The notes beneath the pieces were generated by a model. That model saw nothing but the letters and a program-made list of their open reading frames with translations. It was not told the DNA's origin and did no database searches. A stretch of DNA of 63,350 nucleotides, the filler included, from Platydemus manokwari (Eukaryota), in assembly GCA_037951405.1 (NCBI GenBank). It is 6 parts of 6 records of this genome, joined end to end, with 100 filler letters (N's around TTAATTAATTAA, not from the genome) between each part and the next. Parts side by side here need not be neighbours in the genome. Positions count along the whole stretch, not along the records: positions 31,513 to 40,233 come from JBBMOY011360204.1; positions 40,334 to 54,190 come from JBBMOY011593631.1; 4 more parts are not named here. One strand, 5' to 3'. A program made the position numbers and the translations under genes. Position 1 is the first letter of the stretch. Every line of letters begins with the position of its first letter. Positions 38,050 to 51,060 of the stretch are shown piece after piece.

Positions 38050-40233
38050 AATACATCTAAATGGTTCTAATTTTAAAACAATATTTCATGTGAAAGCTAG
38101 CAACATCTTCCACTTCAAATAGCTCGCATTTGTATTCGACTTTACGCAGGCAAGAGCTATCTTATTTATCATTTTCTTGATCATTCCTAATTTCTTTAGA
38201 AATGGATCGTTCGTCCGTGTTTGCCAAGTCCCGAGATGTTTTAAGATGTTTCGGTCATTAAAGCAGGTTCGTCCATGGGGCATTTTACAACAACTAAGAT
38301 GATCGTGGATTTTTGATCATTTATCAGTTGGAGATCTACCTTTAATTTGGATTCTTTCTCTACAAAGACTCTGTAATCCGTATTTTTAACAATTTCCTTG
38401 GCCAGTATATCCATGATTCTGTCGTGTCTATAGAGTACAAAAGAGTGGAATGGTTTTCATCAGGTGAAGACGTGTGTTTACGATTCTACTTCATATAAAC
38501 ATTTTCTGTATGCCATTCCTCTCATTAACTTTTTATTCAGAGTGGAGAGGTTGTCTGTCCTTGCATTATGAATAAATCTAAATTCAGCAATATTTAGGTG
38601 CCCATTAAAAACTACTTTTGACCACATTGGACTAATGGCTTCTGAGTAGCTGCTATAGCGTCCATTTCTGATTTGATTAGACCAGTTTAATTGGTGAGAT
38701 CGTACAAAACATTGTCTCAGCAGTTTTGACATTTCTTTGATTTTCATTGGTTCCACTATGGCACTCCCATCGTAATGGGAACCAATGATTGTAAGGTTTT
38801 GTTGAACTCTAAGCATTATTTCACCGTTGATAATAGTGAAAGAAATCGTGGTATATGTTTTCTTTGCGGCATATTTAATACTCTCTCTTATTTTACCCCA
38901 CCATGTTTTGCTTCTTTCATTTGGTGGAAAATGCTAATTATTCCAATCTAATGCTTCTTCGACTGACGCAGCTTGGTTATTCAATTCAGCACTATTGCAC
39001 AAGGAGTGTATGGCCGTCATTCTAATCATTTCATGTTTGCTCGTTAATAGATGATACGCGTAAGTGATAGATTGTATTGTATATTCCTCTGTCATGCTTC
39101 GTAGTTCAGAACCTCCGTTTAATTTTGTTGAATAGAGGTAATTCGATGATCAAAATTTAGGTACCCCAAGGATTTTTTTCAGATATTTTCTTATCAACAC
39201 ATCGAACTACAGTAATCTTTTATATGTGACATAGTAATTTCTCATGTAGAAGGTCACTTTGGTGTGTACGAACAACTCAAAGGCCTTTAATTTCTGCCAT
39301 GGTAATAAAATACATTTTTTCAGTTTATTCATCAGAGTTTCCATATCGATAAACAATCCTTCTGTTTAATTATGTATCTTCAAAGAGAAGTTCATGCCTA
39401 GGTAGCGATAGTGCTCTTCTAGACTGATTGTAGGAATTTTGTCATAGTAATTCAGGAGTTCCGCCGAGTTAGTACTTGCTCTTTGATTATGTAAGTACCC
39501 ACATTTTGAGGGTTTGAACTTGAAACCAAGTTGGAATTCGAGCGCCGATGTTTCATTGATCATCATTTGGAGACCATTTAGGTTTTTCGCAATTATTGCT
39601 ATATTTTCGATTATTTGCAATTATCAGGCCTCCAATGACACAAATGTCCATTTTTTCTAAGATTGGATTGATATCTATGTTGAATTAAAGCATGGAGATC
39701 GGGCAGCCCTGTCGGACCCCCTATCAATTTTAATTGGTTTCGTTTCATAATCTCCGCATTTAAGAAAAGTTTGGCAGTCTGTGTAGAGACTTCTTATGAT
39801 TCTGATGGCAGTTTCAGTCAATCCCACATACCCAAGGATTGTGAACATCGCTTCAAGATCTAATGAAGGAAAGGCTTCTACGATGTCTAAGAATCCGATG
39901 TGAATATTATTGATATTTTTCTTGCTGTGTTCTTCTATAATGGCTCGAAGTTAAAATCTGTGCTCGGAACATCCGTCATTTGGACCTAGGCTCTTCTAGA
40001 GTGGATGTATTAAGTTGTTTTCATCAATCCAATTTTTCAAGTGCTTGTACAGAATAGTTGTGAGAATTTTATAGCTGCAATCGAGCAGAGTAATAGGGCG
40101 CCAGGATTTGAATTGATGATAGTGACCTTCTTTCATGGGTTTCGGTATCATCAATATTGTATATGTTTTCCATTCCTCTGGTATTTCTTGGTTATCTAGA
40201 CATTTTGTGAAAATCTTGTGTATGATTTTTGTC
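38050..40233 (-). mobile_element. Decayed non-LTR retrotransposon with RT and C-terminal restriction-like endonuclease (R2/NeSL/R4 group), cut by contig end
   Basis: WRPITLLDCSYKILT, DGCSEH, GFLDIVEAFPSL, GVRQGCPIS, KPSKC, YRYLG; then a CCHC-like RKC..ES.THV, RHDRIMDILAKE and KVDL...IILVVVKCP (PD-(D/E)xK-like). Many stops and frameshifts. Confidence 0.9.
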
Positions 40234-40333
40234 NNNNNNNNNNNNNNNNNNNNNNNNNNNNNNNNNNNNNNNNNNNNTTAATTAATTAANNNNNNNNNNN
40301 NNNNNNNNNNNNNNNNNNNNNNNNNNNNNNNNN
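40234..40333. other. Artificial contig-joining spacer
   Basis: N44-TTAATTAATTAA-N44. Confidence 0.98.
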
Positions 40334-41974
40334 CACGCTCGACTTCGGCATCCGATGAAAAATGCTTGCCTTTCAACACCTCCTTAAGCTTAGGAAATAA
40401 CCAGAAATCGTATTTATAACAAAACAAACGATTTTAAATCCAAACGCACTCTGTATTTGAAAACATGAAACTGAATCAATATATAAAGCATTTGTGAGCA
40501 AAGACCTCTAAAGGAAAAAATCATTTTGACATGATAAAGTTTTACTATAATTTTCGTAAAGTGACCACCGTACATTTTGTTACATGACTTAGCTATTGAA
40601 TAGAAAATTATGGTTATCCAGTACATTAAAGAAAGAAAAAAAATTAGAAAAAGTCAGAATCACAATTTATTATTATCTACGACATGTATCGATTATCCCT
40701 GATACAGTTATTTTCCCTGAGTTTATTACAGAAAGCTCTTCTAACAATTAGTTACTCTAATAATTATTTGAATGCGTTCCTTCAAATTCTAATATTCTCA
40801 ATGGCAAGTTTCATTTTATTTTTAATGGGGCAAATTCGTTCTAAATAGATAAGGTATCTTTAAAATCATTATCTTTTTCATATCTATTTTTCCAGATGAG
40901 CACCGATCATTAAGAGTTTAAATCAATAGTTGCAACATATTTTGAATTGAAATAAATTTTTAGTTGTTTTTCTGTTTATGTATTTAGATATCATCAATAC
41001 TATAAGAGGTTTACAGTACCTTCTGTAATCAGTTATTTATTATAGTGCTTAAGTTTAGCTGTGCAGATCGCTACCTAAAAACTCTATTTACTTTTTCAGT
41101 TATAAGAGTTCCAAATTTAATTTATATTTTCAATTTATAGTCTCAATCCTGAATAACCAAATAACAACTGACTCCAAAATCGAAGGTTGTAAGCTTTATT
41201 TCAAACTCACTTACTAATCAGTACGACTCACAAAGTAACACAAAGGTACAACTAAACTTAGTTTACAACTGATACTCGTACAGTACGACTCTAAAATTTA
41301 AACAGTGTCCCACAAAACGAATCAAAAACTTGGATTCCAAGTAGCTGTTGGACATCTTTAAGTCGGTATTTATAGTCGAGATCTCTGTGTAAATTTTGTT
41401 TTTCGTTTGTATCACATTTTGATTTGATCTTGGTATTGATTAAACCCCATGTATGTGTTGTTATGTGGCTATGCCCCTTTCTCCAATTATCGTTTTACGT
41501 CTAAGTCAATTATGATTGGTTGAGTACCGTGCATATATGGTTCTGTTGGCATACAATTGGTTAAAGTGCTAAAATAAGGGTTCAAAGATACAAAGCCGAT
41601 TTTCTTTTGCAAGTTTTCATCTCACTCAACAAAATTTATCGGATCAAATGATCAGATAAAATATAATCAATTTTAACAATAACTTCACTCTTAATAAAAT
41701 TGACTTTACTTTAAAAAATATTAAAATTTTTAATTTAATATTTTAAAGTTTAAGTTTGAAAAATTTTATCCAATAAATTTTAAAAAGAATAACAGAAAAT
41801 CAAATCGCTTTAGAAAATGCTGAGATTAAACGTTTCAATTGAAAAAATCATTAAAATTTATTGATTATTTGTGATAGAGGCGTCAAAAATAACGAAACAT
41901 ATTTATTATTCAAATCAAATCTACAAATTTACACCCGAACCAGGTTAAAACATTTCAAACAAAACCAGGATCAT

Positions 41975-44600
41975 TTATTTCTTGAATCGATCGGAAAATT
42001 TCGGACTCTGTGCCAAGGTGGATTTATGTGGATGAACAATATCGACCTTTTTATATTGGCGGATTGGATTGGCTTTTATGTTTGTCATTTTACGCAATTC
42101 CTCATATTCCATTCGTTCCTGTTCTGCTTTCTTTTGTTCCAATTCTTCTCTCACTTTTAAAGCTTTCTGTTCAATTTGTCGAACATGATCGTCGAATTCT
42201 CGTCTCTGTTCAATTCGTGATTTCAATTTGAAATGAGGTGTCTCGGGAATTGTAGCGGGCTTCATTGATGGTTTGGGCATGAAAGGCGATCGACTCAGAT
42301 AGCTTATATCGTTGGATGTTTTGCTGGAGCTGAGATCAGCAGATGAGGAAAACAAAGAGCTATCGGCAAATGACTAAAATATAACATTCACCCCTTAACG
42401 TTCCATCATTACAAATAGCAATCAATGACCTTCAATAAGTTCTTCTCCTGATGATAATTCACTCTCTGATCAGATTCGAACTTGAACGAAACCGGTACAG
42501 TGGGTTTCTGAACGATTTTCTCAGGTAATTTTGGAGATGAAATCGGCATTGGATTTGCACGAAATGCCGATGCTAATCGTTTTTTCTCCAATAAATCATC
42601 GTTCACAATTTTTATCCTATTTAACAACATAGCCTTATCTTTATTTTCAAAACTAAACGGTTTCGGAACCGTTATTCTGGAAGTAGAATTCTGGGTTAAA
42701 AAAAGCGGGATAAATTTCAAAAAAGAATCGAAAAATACCAAAGATGTCGTTGAGCGACAAAATGAAATCGAGCGTCGAACATTTCTTTTGGAAACCTGAC
42801 GTTCAATAGATTGTTTATCTTTCGATTCAGAAATGTCTTGAGTAGAAATGGGTGGCTTGTTGATATGTTTAACTGTTAAGGTCCTTGTTAATGGTCCTAA
42901 AGATGTGAGATCAATGGTTGATGGATGGATAAGATTCTCACTTTTCGAGACGATTTTATTATTAGATTTCATATCAGGCAATAATTGATTATCTAGCAGT
43001 AGTAAAGAAATCAGATGAACACTTAGCCTCACAATTGAGATCTTTATAAAGGGAATATTTTGTGATTTAATCGATATCATTATCTCATCGCTATGAAACC
43101 AGGTAAAGATTATTTTACGTTGTCATTCGTCAAATATATCGCATTGATTAATTCAAAAATCTTATTTAATGATTAGGAAAACTTCTCGGATGAGGCTATC
43201 ATGGAAGATTTATTATTAACTAAATCTTTCTCCAAACTTCCCAGATTCGGATAGAATCTCAAATTCGTTTGCTATGCTTTGAACACAACAACCATCGTTT
43301 GAAACCATCATATAGAATTATGTCATATGAAACATGACTGCTATAATCTCTTATGGACGCTTTCGTATGTTCTTGACTCGTGTACCCCCCCCCTCCACTC
43401 ACTCACTTTGATTTCAGGAAATTAGCAATATTTCCAATGAACATATTATCGTATTTCTTATGATATATCTTCGGGGGTTATAATTAATTGATTATGTTTT
43501 AGATTCGAAATTTATCTTGAAAATCAAAATTTGGTATTTAAAGACTGAGAATGGAAATATTTGTATAAAAAGGAATGAAATAAATACCAATTATTACTAT
43601 TGGCTTCACAAGATTCTCCAATAATAATTCATCTCTCTACAATAAAAATAAATCTCAATTCTCTGTTGGTGTGATGTTCATTAGAAGAAACCCCGTTTAT
43701 TAAATTATCAATTGAAAAATAATGCAATATCGAAAAATATTTTGTATACCCTTTCAAGAATGACAAAAAAATCCAAATTCTACCAATTTATTATTTATAT
43801 CTTTAATTAATTTATCATTAAAATTTTTCAATTTAAAATTATTTATTATAGAAAATTAAAATTTAATTACAAAATCAATAATTAAGCTTGGAAAATTGAG
43901 ATCATTATGAAAATTCCAGAAATTTCAAACCATAAAAAATAACCTTCAGCTGTTTTTATCGAACATGCCAACGGTTTTTCTGTAATGTTTTCTATAAGTA
44001 ATTAATCATTTAAGCACTATTTCAAATTTAAAAATGTGTACTAACCTTTATTTTCATCCGTTAATTTATCTTCCGAAAAGTGTGGGTCGTTGGATTGATT
44101 CTTAATAAAAACTAAAATCTTCATGAACATTTAATCAACCTTTTAACTATTACTTGGAGCTTTCATAACTGAATCCATTCTTATTGGTGAGCTTGTCATG
44201 AAATCTTGAAGGAACAGGAATAAAATTATTGAAAATTTATATTACAACCTTTGTTAGCTTTAGCATTTTGATCATTGCGGAGGTTACTTAAATCTGATAA
44301 TTTGCGACTATTTCTGTCTTTATATATGTAAAATATATCTTATGATTACATGTAATACCTCTTAAAGACATATTTTTAAAAAGATCAGAGATCGATTCAT
44401 TATGTTTTTCTAAGACTAAATTCAAATAATTTTATCAACTTAAAAATGTGATAATTAATACCTTGATAATTTTCACTGGTATCTTGATTACCATCTATAA
44501 TAACTTAATCTGTTGAAATCGATAATAAAAAGATGACTTGAATCTACACTATCTGAGTCTAAAGAATAATTGTGATTTCTATACATAATATAAAGCTAGA
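41975..44600 (-). CDS. TPX2: Targeting protein for Xklp2 (TPX2)-like, multi-exon; 5' end approximate
   Basis: C-terminal TPX2 domain (TIPETPHFKLKSRIEQRREFD...EELRKMTNIKANPIRQY...SPKFSDRF) and upstream repeats ITVPKPFSF, FRANPMP, PTVPVSFKF. A series of small GT-AG-bounded exons continues to about 44580; start codon not located. Confidence 0.82.
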
Positions 44601-46436
44601 AATAATATATAAAAATGGAATTATTTAAACAAGCATGAAATATATCAAATTAATTAATGAAAATTAAATATATGAAAGAATATCAAACTTTATTTCTAAA
44701 AAATATATTAAAAACAAAAGAAATTCAAATAAATCTAGATCATCTTAACAAAAATAATTTTAAAATTATGTTTTATTTTGAAAAAAGAGATCCCAAAATT
44801 GAAACTTTTCAGAAAACTTTATTCATTTCTACATATGTACATCAATACCAAAATGCTCATTTATTTTGATTCAAAAGGTCTTTAACAATGATTATTTATA
44901 ATTATAATTATATTGTAATGAATGAATTCCAAAAACATTTAGTTTTCCAAACAACGTTGAAATTTATTTATTTATAGAGAGATAAATAGATAGAGAAGTA
45001 ATGAAATTGAATTAAGATTTATAAAGGCGATTACTCAATTGTTAAATTCTATAGCAGAAAATTATTTGAGATATTTGTAGAAAGTTGTGTTGGATATTTG
45101 TTCTAGGTGAAATTAAATCCATTTTCGAGTGTGCGAGATATTAGAAATCAGATTGTGGGAGGAGGTGCTCCATTTAAGTTTTTAATAAGTTTTTAAGAAA
45201 TGATAATTATGTGATGATTTATGACATTGTTCCAGAAAACGATGTCATTTAAAAATGGGGAAAAAGATGTATGAGTGAATAGACAACCCCCACTAGAATT
45301 GTGGGATAGGTGAGTGCAATTTTAAAGATGAGGCCATTAATAGTGAAAAATTTAGGAATTTTAAATGAAAATATATTGATGCTTTAAAATTTGAATGAGT
45401 TAAAAAAGAACGATCCCTACTTTTTATTGAAATTCACATTGGAAATGGATAAGGAAATAATAACAAAATTCGTTCTAATAAATGCCAAAATAATGGCGTT
45501 ACTAAAATATTTTGCGTACAGATTTGTGATATCAATTTTGTGCGTAGAGTGACTAGATTATATATTGTATGTGTGTGTGTGTTTCATGCACCATGGCGTT
45601 ATTTTTTGTGACACTATGCTTAATATAATGTGCTACTATTTTCAGTTCAGAAAGTCATTTATAGTAATTTTTGTTATATATATATATTGTTGCATCCAGA
45701 ATAATTGAAAGTTATACAACTGCATTTTCACTCAATCGTAGTAATCAGCACGTAAGTCAACGACTCGAAAATTCATCAAAAACACTCAACAAATGATTTA
45801 GAAAAAATGTCATATTATTCGGCTTCCCACTGACGGTTACCAAAAATGAACTTATTTTATGTTTGCGCAAATCATTAAATTGATTTATTTAAATAAATTG
45901 TTTTGTAATATTCTATTAATTTTTATTTTTTGATTTAATCAAATCATTAATGTTTTCTTTCAGAAGTTTTCTAAGTATATTTTATATTTATAATGTTTTT
46001 TGTTGAGGATCACCCAATTCAAATATCACACCAATGCAACATCAATCTAAATAACTAAACAAACCAACATCAATATAAAACTAACATCCAATCCCAGATC
46101 TCTAAACTCAATCCAATCTTACATACAATTCCAATGCAACCACAAATAACAATATTTATCTCTCAAATGATAATATTATTCAATAATCAAAATCCAAATC
46201 TCAATATTATTCAATCATAAACAGCGACAATATTAACCCTTTCAATCTTCAATATTTATCCTAGGTTCAAAGCTTTTGTGACTCTTCTAATCGAAAATTC
46301 CAGCAATCACCCAATATTCCAAAGAAACTATAATTTACACTTTAACATTGATTTTAACACATTGATAAGATAAAAATAAGATAAGAGTGTCGCAACAATA
46401 ATATTAATAATAATAATATAAGAATAATTATAATAA

Positions 46437-46454
46437 AATAAATAATAATAAATA

Positions 46455-46492
<38 letters not shown>
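46437..46492. repeat. (AAT)n microsatellite
   Basis: Read directly. Confidence 0.92.
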
Positions 46493-46494
<2 letters not shown>

Positions 46495-49028
46495 GTACAA
46501 TTTATAAGTGTAGAAAAAACATTTAGTTTTATCTGATCGGAAAAAAGAAGAACAGAGTTAAACAACAAAGGAAATAAAAATAGTAAAATCACATTTGATG
46601 TTACCCCAGCAGAAAAGAAAATCTACAACAAAAAATATAATACATAACAACAGAAAATAAATATAGTAACAGCTATTATGTCGTATAATGAAATAAAATT
46701 TTTACAAAAGAATAAAAAATGGTGCCATCATATGAATGGCACCAAGAAGGAAAAGTATATAAACATATGATAATCTAAGTGAACCATCACAAAAAAGCCA
46801 CAAGAAACAGCTACTCAGCTACAAGAAATTTTACAAATTCCAAGTCCCACCGAGGCCTTTTCTACGAATTCACTTCAGTTAAGTGTAGGTTATTTTTACT
46901 ATATGTCGTAAGCATTGCCTATATAATCGCGCTTAGTTAAATTTATAACTAATTTTTAATTAACTTATATTCGTGTCGCTCCTCTTAAGTTCTTTCCCGG
47001 TATCCGGAACTTTGGGTATCATTTAGTAATCCACTTTCGTTGTGCACTGTATAATTTGGCAAAATCTTTTTGTCGTTCTTTTAGTGTTAATCTTGTTTTC
47101 GATTTCCTAAATAAAATTTCATATCGAATTTTGTTTATTAGATCATCGTTTAGTAATCAATATCTAGCCAATTAATTTGTGCTATAGGCAGTAACTGATT
47201 AAAGCGGGGCATTTGAATCCTTGTTGTAACAGTCAATTATTACAGTGTTTATCATTAAACCTTTAGAATATAAAATTATCAAACACCACAAAGAAATATT
47301 ATTTAATATTTTAATAATTTTTTTTATAAGTTTGTTTTTAACATACTCAACAATATATAACCTATATGGCAGGTATCAAACCAAAAAGTAGTAACTCCTT
47401 TTTTATTTTATTTCATTGATTTTCAGTTATTATTAAACGAGCCAACTGCTAATACAGAAGTTGTTTTATACAATAATACAAGAAACTACATTGAAAAACA
47501 AATGTATACATTTTCATTTTAGCCAAATAGATAGTTGTTCAAGTGTTTTCTTCAATCCTATGCAGATTGAAATAAATCAGTGAAAAATCAACGGTCACTG
47601 TTAAGACTCTATGGCCACCACTTGTAACAATTGTCCGAAGCTATTAATGATTTCAGCTTAAACATAATTTACACACTATTAATATATAATTTATTACCAT
47701 CTTTTTCATCTTTCCATCACAAAGATTATCAACATAGTTTGACAACTGTTGCCGTTTGGCTGTCTTTGTTAATAATAATACTTTTATCATGAGTGCATTT
47801 TATTATAACTAACATATTTGAATAATATGTTGTGTTCAATAAACAACATTTATATTTATAGAAACATATTCGGCTTATGTATCCATTTAGTCGGTATTAA
47901 GTCTTGTTAAATATGACGCTCTCTTCGATAAATTTTATATTACCACGGTCTTTATATTAAGAAGCCGATTGATAACGAATCAATTGACCGATAAAAAAAA
48001 CCACCACGACAATAATTTATTTTCCAAAAGAAAATCAACAAGTATGCATTAATCATTGTTTCCCAGCTGGCTACGTGAATTAATCTGAAGAACTTTAAAT
48101 TATACTCGTTGAGACGTGGTCACAACCCCTTTGTGAGATATTTGTACAAATGATGATTGATCAATGCTTCAAGGTGACGTGAATTGAAATACAACTGTCA
48201 GCTTAACAAAGCTAAGTTGTTAATTATACTTTTATTATCAACAATAATAAAATATTAGAAAAATTAAATTTCGATATCCCTTATTGATCGCTTTATGTTA
48301 TTAAATTGAAAATACATTATCGCAAAATTTATCAAAGAAAAGTGATACTGGAATAAATCCATCAATTTTCTTCTACTAAATAAAATATTAAATCATTACG
48401 CAGCATCTCTCATTCGTGCACAAATAATGTTCGTTGTTGGAAATCAAAATACTTCATTGGTGTCACCAAAACAAACATGAGAATTTAAGTTAACAAGACG
48501 TGATTCTTTTTGTCAATTGATGGTTTTGATCTTAAAATCAATTGTTTACGTTCACAGAAAATATTTTTCTTAACCGCTCCATTGCTGTACCGGTTGATTC
48601 GGATTGAAATATTTTTATCACTATTCTGTGAATTCAATGCACACGAAACAAGTCTACCATAACAGTTGACCGTAGAAGATTTTTAATTGAAAAAAAATGC
48701 AATTACAATTGAAAAAAAAATATAATTAAAGTCACCAAATTGAATATTCAATTAAATATTGATCAAACACTGTTGTACTACAGGATGATTGTGAGAAATT
48801 TGTGCATTAAATTGTGCAGTACCACACAGTGTTAACATTATCAAACCGTTAAACAACACACACACAACTCCAGATTTATTAATTTGGTATTGTTTGACCA
48901 ACCGTTGTTGACAATAGGCTATTTGGAATAATAATAATTATTATTATTATTGTTTCATAGAACAATATTTAAATTTTAAAAAATCTGATACATTACTTGG
49001 CAAAATCTCTGGAATTAAATTTTAAAAT

Positions 49029-49246
49029 ATGAACGGTGTGAAAGCAAACAATAACATGAAGAATGTCGCAAAATATGAGAAACGCGTTGATAGTTGTTGT
49101 ATAGCAGACATGGTGATTGACAGTATCACAGTCTATCTCGACAAGGCAGAAATAACAAGATCTGTTAAGTATGAAATATCAGAAGGACAGATTTTGGAAT
49201 GCTCTTTTGAACATTTGCCTTCAAGTGTTGATAAAGACAGTATAAG
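49029..49246 (+). CDS. First exon of a DUF4140/DUF4139 (C. elegans F37C4.5-like / MuiA-like) protein
   Basis: IDSITVYLDKAEITR...EG...LPSSVDKDSIR matches the DUF4140 N-terminal pattern (VTVYxDRAEVxR...LPxxxDxDSIR). Donor GTTAGT at 49247; later exons not found in this contig. Confidence 0.8.
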
Positions 49247-50977
49247 GTTAGTAAATGTTTTGATAGTATTTGATAGCTTGTATATTAATTAATTATAATA
49301 TTAATTTGTGTAAAATAAATAAATAGCCTATATTTTATTAAATTTCATTTTATTTTAAATAACTTAATTCGAATATTAAAGTTAAATAAAGTAACAAAAC
49401 AACGAATAAAATAGATGTAGTAGTTTTTACTTAATTTCTTTGCATATATAGATAGTTAATTTCATCATTTTTATCTGATGAAAATATAAATAAAACCCTC
49501 TTGAATATTAAAAATATCTCAAATATATCTGACTCATTTACAAGTCGATAAATAAAAGTTCATTCTTTATTTTCATTTACCGGTTCATATGGTTGATTTT
49601 TAACAAAGTACGATTTGAAGTTAAATTTAAATTTATATTGCCTTTTATAAAGGTCAAACTGATCTAGAGTAATTTTATCAAACAAACCATCGTAAATAAA
49701 TCAATTCATCTTCATGTATTAATTTCAATTTTTTTCTTCTATTTTTTTATAGGTATTTACGACATTTATCTACATTTTGTCTTCCAGGCAACGGTTTTTG
49801 AAATAATTATTGAACGACAAAATTTTTAATCAGTTATATAAAGATTATTTAAACGATAACATTGTATTGGACTTTGTTATATGAAAGAGTTCAATGAGGC
49901 ATTACAAGTCTTAAACGGAGCCTTTGATTGTATGCGGATATATGAGTTTTCAAAGCTATTACATAATATGACATTTTAAAATCCAAGAACGATTTATTAT
50001 ATAAGTCATTTTTTACGATAATATAATTTGTGAATATATGAAAATCAATTTGAAATTCACAAGATGTGGCTAAATATCCAACAGTATTCTTATATTTAAT
50101 GATTTTTTAAAATAAAGCAGGCTAAAATTAAAATCATTTAGAAAATTTGTTAGTCAAATACATGCGTACGTTTAATTGTGATCCCGTAATAAATTTAGTA
50201 ATTTTATCTTTTAATACTCCACAATACTATTAAAAAAAATTAAATAAAAATGCTCTTAATTTTTATAATCATTTCATAATCATTATTCAACATACCATGA
50301 GTTAGGTAAGTCAATTTACAACTAAAATAAATATATATTTTTTTAGTAAATATGTTGGATACACACATCAGAAACATGTAGTTGTGAAAATCCTATAAAG
50401 ATTTCTTGTAAATTTAAAGAATGACATAGATAACGGTGGAATAAAATTGTTAGAAAAATATTCAAATTGAAACTTGGTTTAACAACTCGGTTTTGTCCCT
50501 AGTCCTAAAAATTTTAACTTTTATCTACTCTGGGCCCACAAAATGGGTCCCATCGATTGAACAAGTCAACTCTCACAAAGTGGTAAGAATTTTTCATAAA
50601 AATAAAAGGTAAGATTTTAAGCTATTTATTAAGATATATGATTTGTTGTTGACATCACAATTGGTCCTTATTTTCAATCAAAATCCGAAGTGTGCCAGAT
50701 ATAGGGGGAATGATAATAAAATAAAGATAAAATTTGCTTGTAATGTTTTATTTAATATTTCATTGAGGATGGTTAAGGCCGAATCTATTGCTTTTAGAGA
50801 TGCCCTTCAGATCTTGGTTACCAACTGTTAACCATTGAAAATGCTTCGTCAACAATCCAGGGAACCTAGATATTTATACACAGATTAATGAAATAAATCG
50901 TACTACATTTTACTTTACGTTTTTATCAATATTCCACAAGAATAAAATATTAAAAAAAAAAAAAAATTTTAACGAGC

Positions 50978-51060
50978 GACCTCATTTCATTATTAACTGT
51001 GACGCTTATGATTTGATTTTACAAATTAAACGCTACAATTAATTTTAATGAAATGAGGTC
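50978..51060. other. 83-bp inverted repeat / hairpin with perfect 15-bp outer arms
   Basis: GACCTCATTTCATTA (50978-50992) ... TAATGAAATGAGGTC (51046-51060), with imperfect inner pairing. Confidence 0.85.

Noticed and set aside
41098-41684. Possible solo LTR (AGTTA...TAACT; shares TGACTCCAAAA with 24984)
   Set aside because: No TSD and only very short similarity.
10648-42231. Antisense or alternate-frame ORFs (10648, 13787, 15485, 20621, 22518, 22681, 29676, 36888, 41861, 42010)
   Set aside because: Shadows of real genes or transposon relics, with no recognisable domains.
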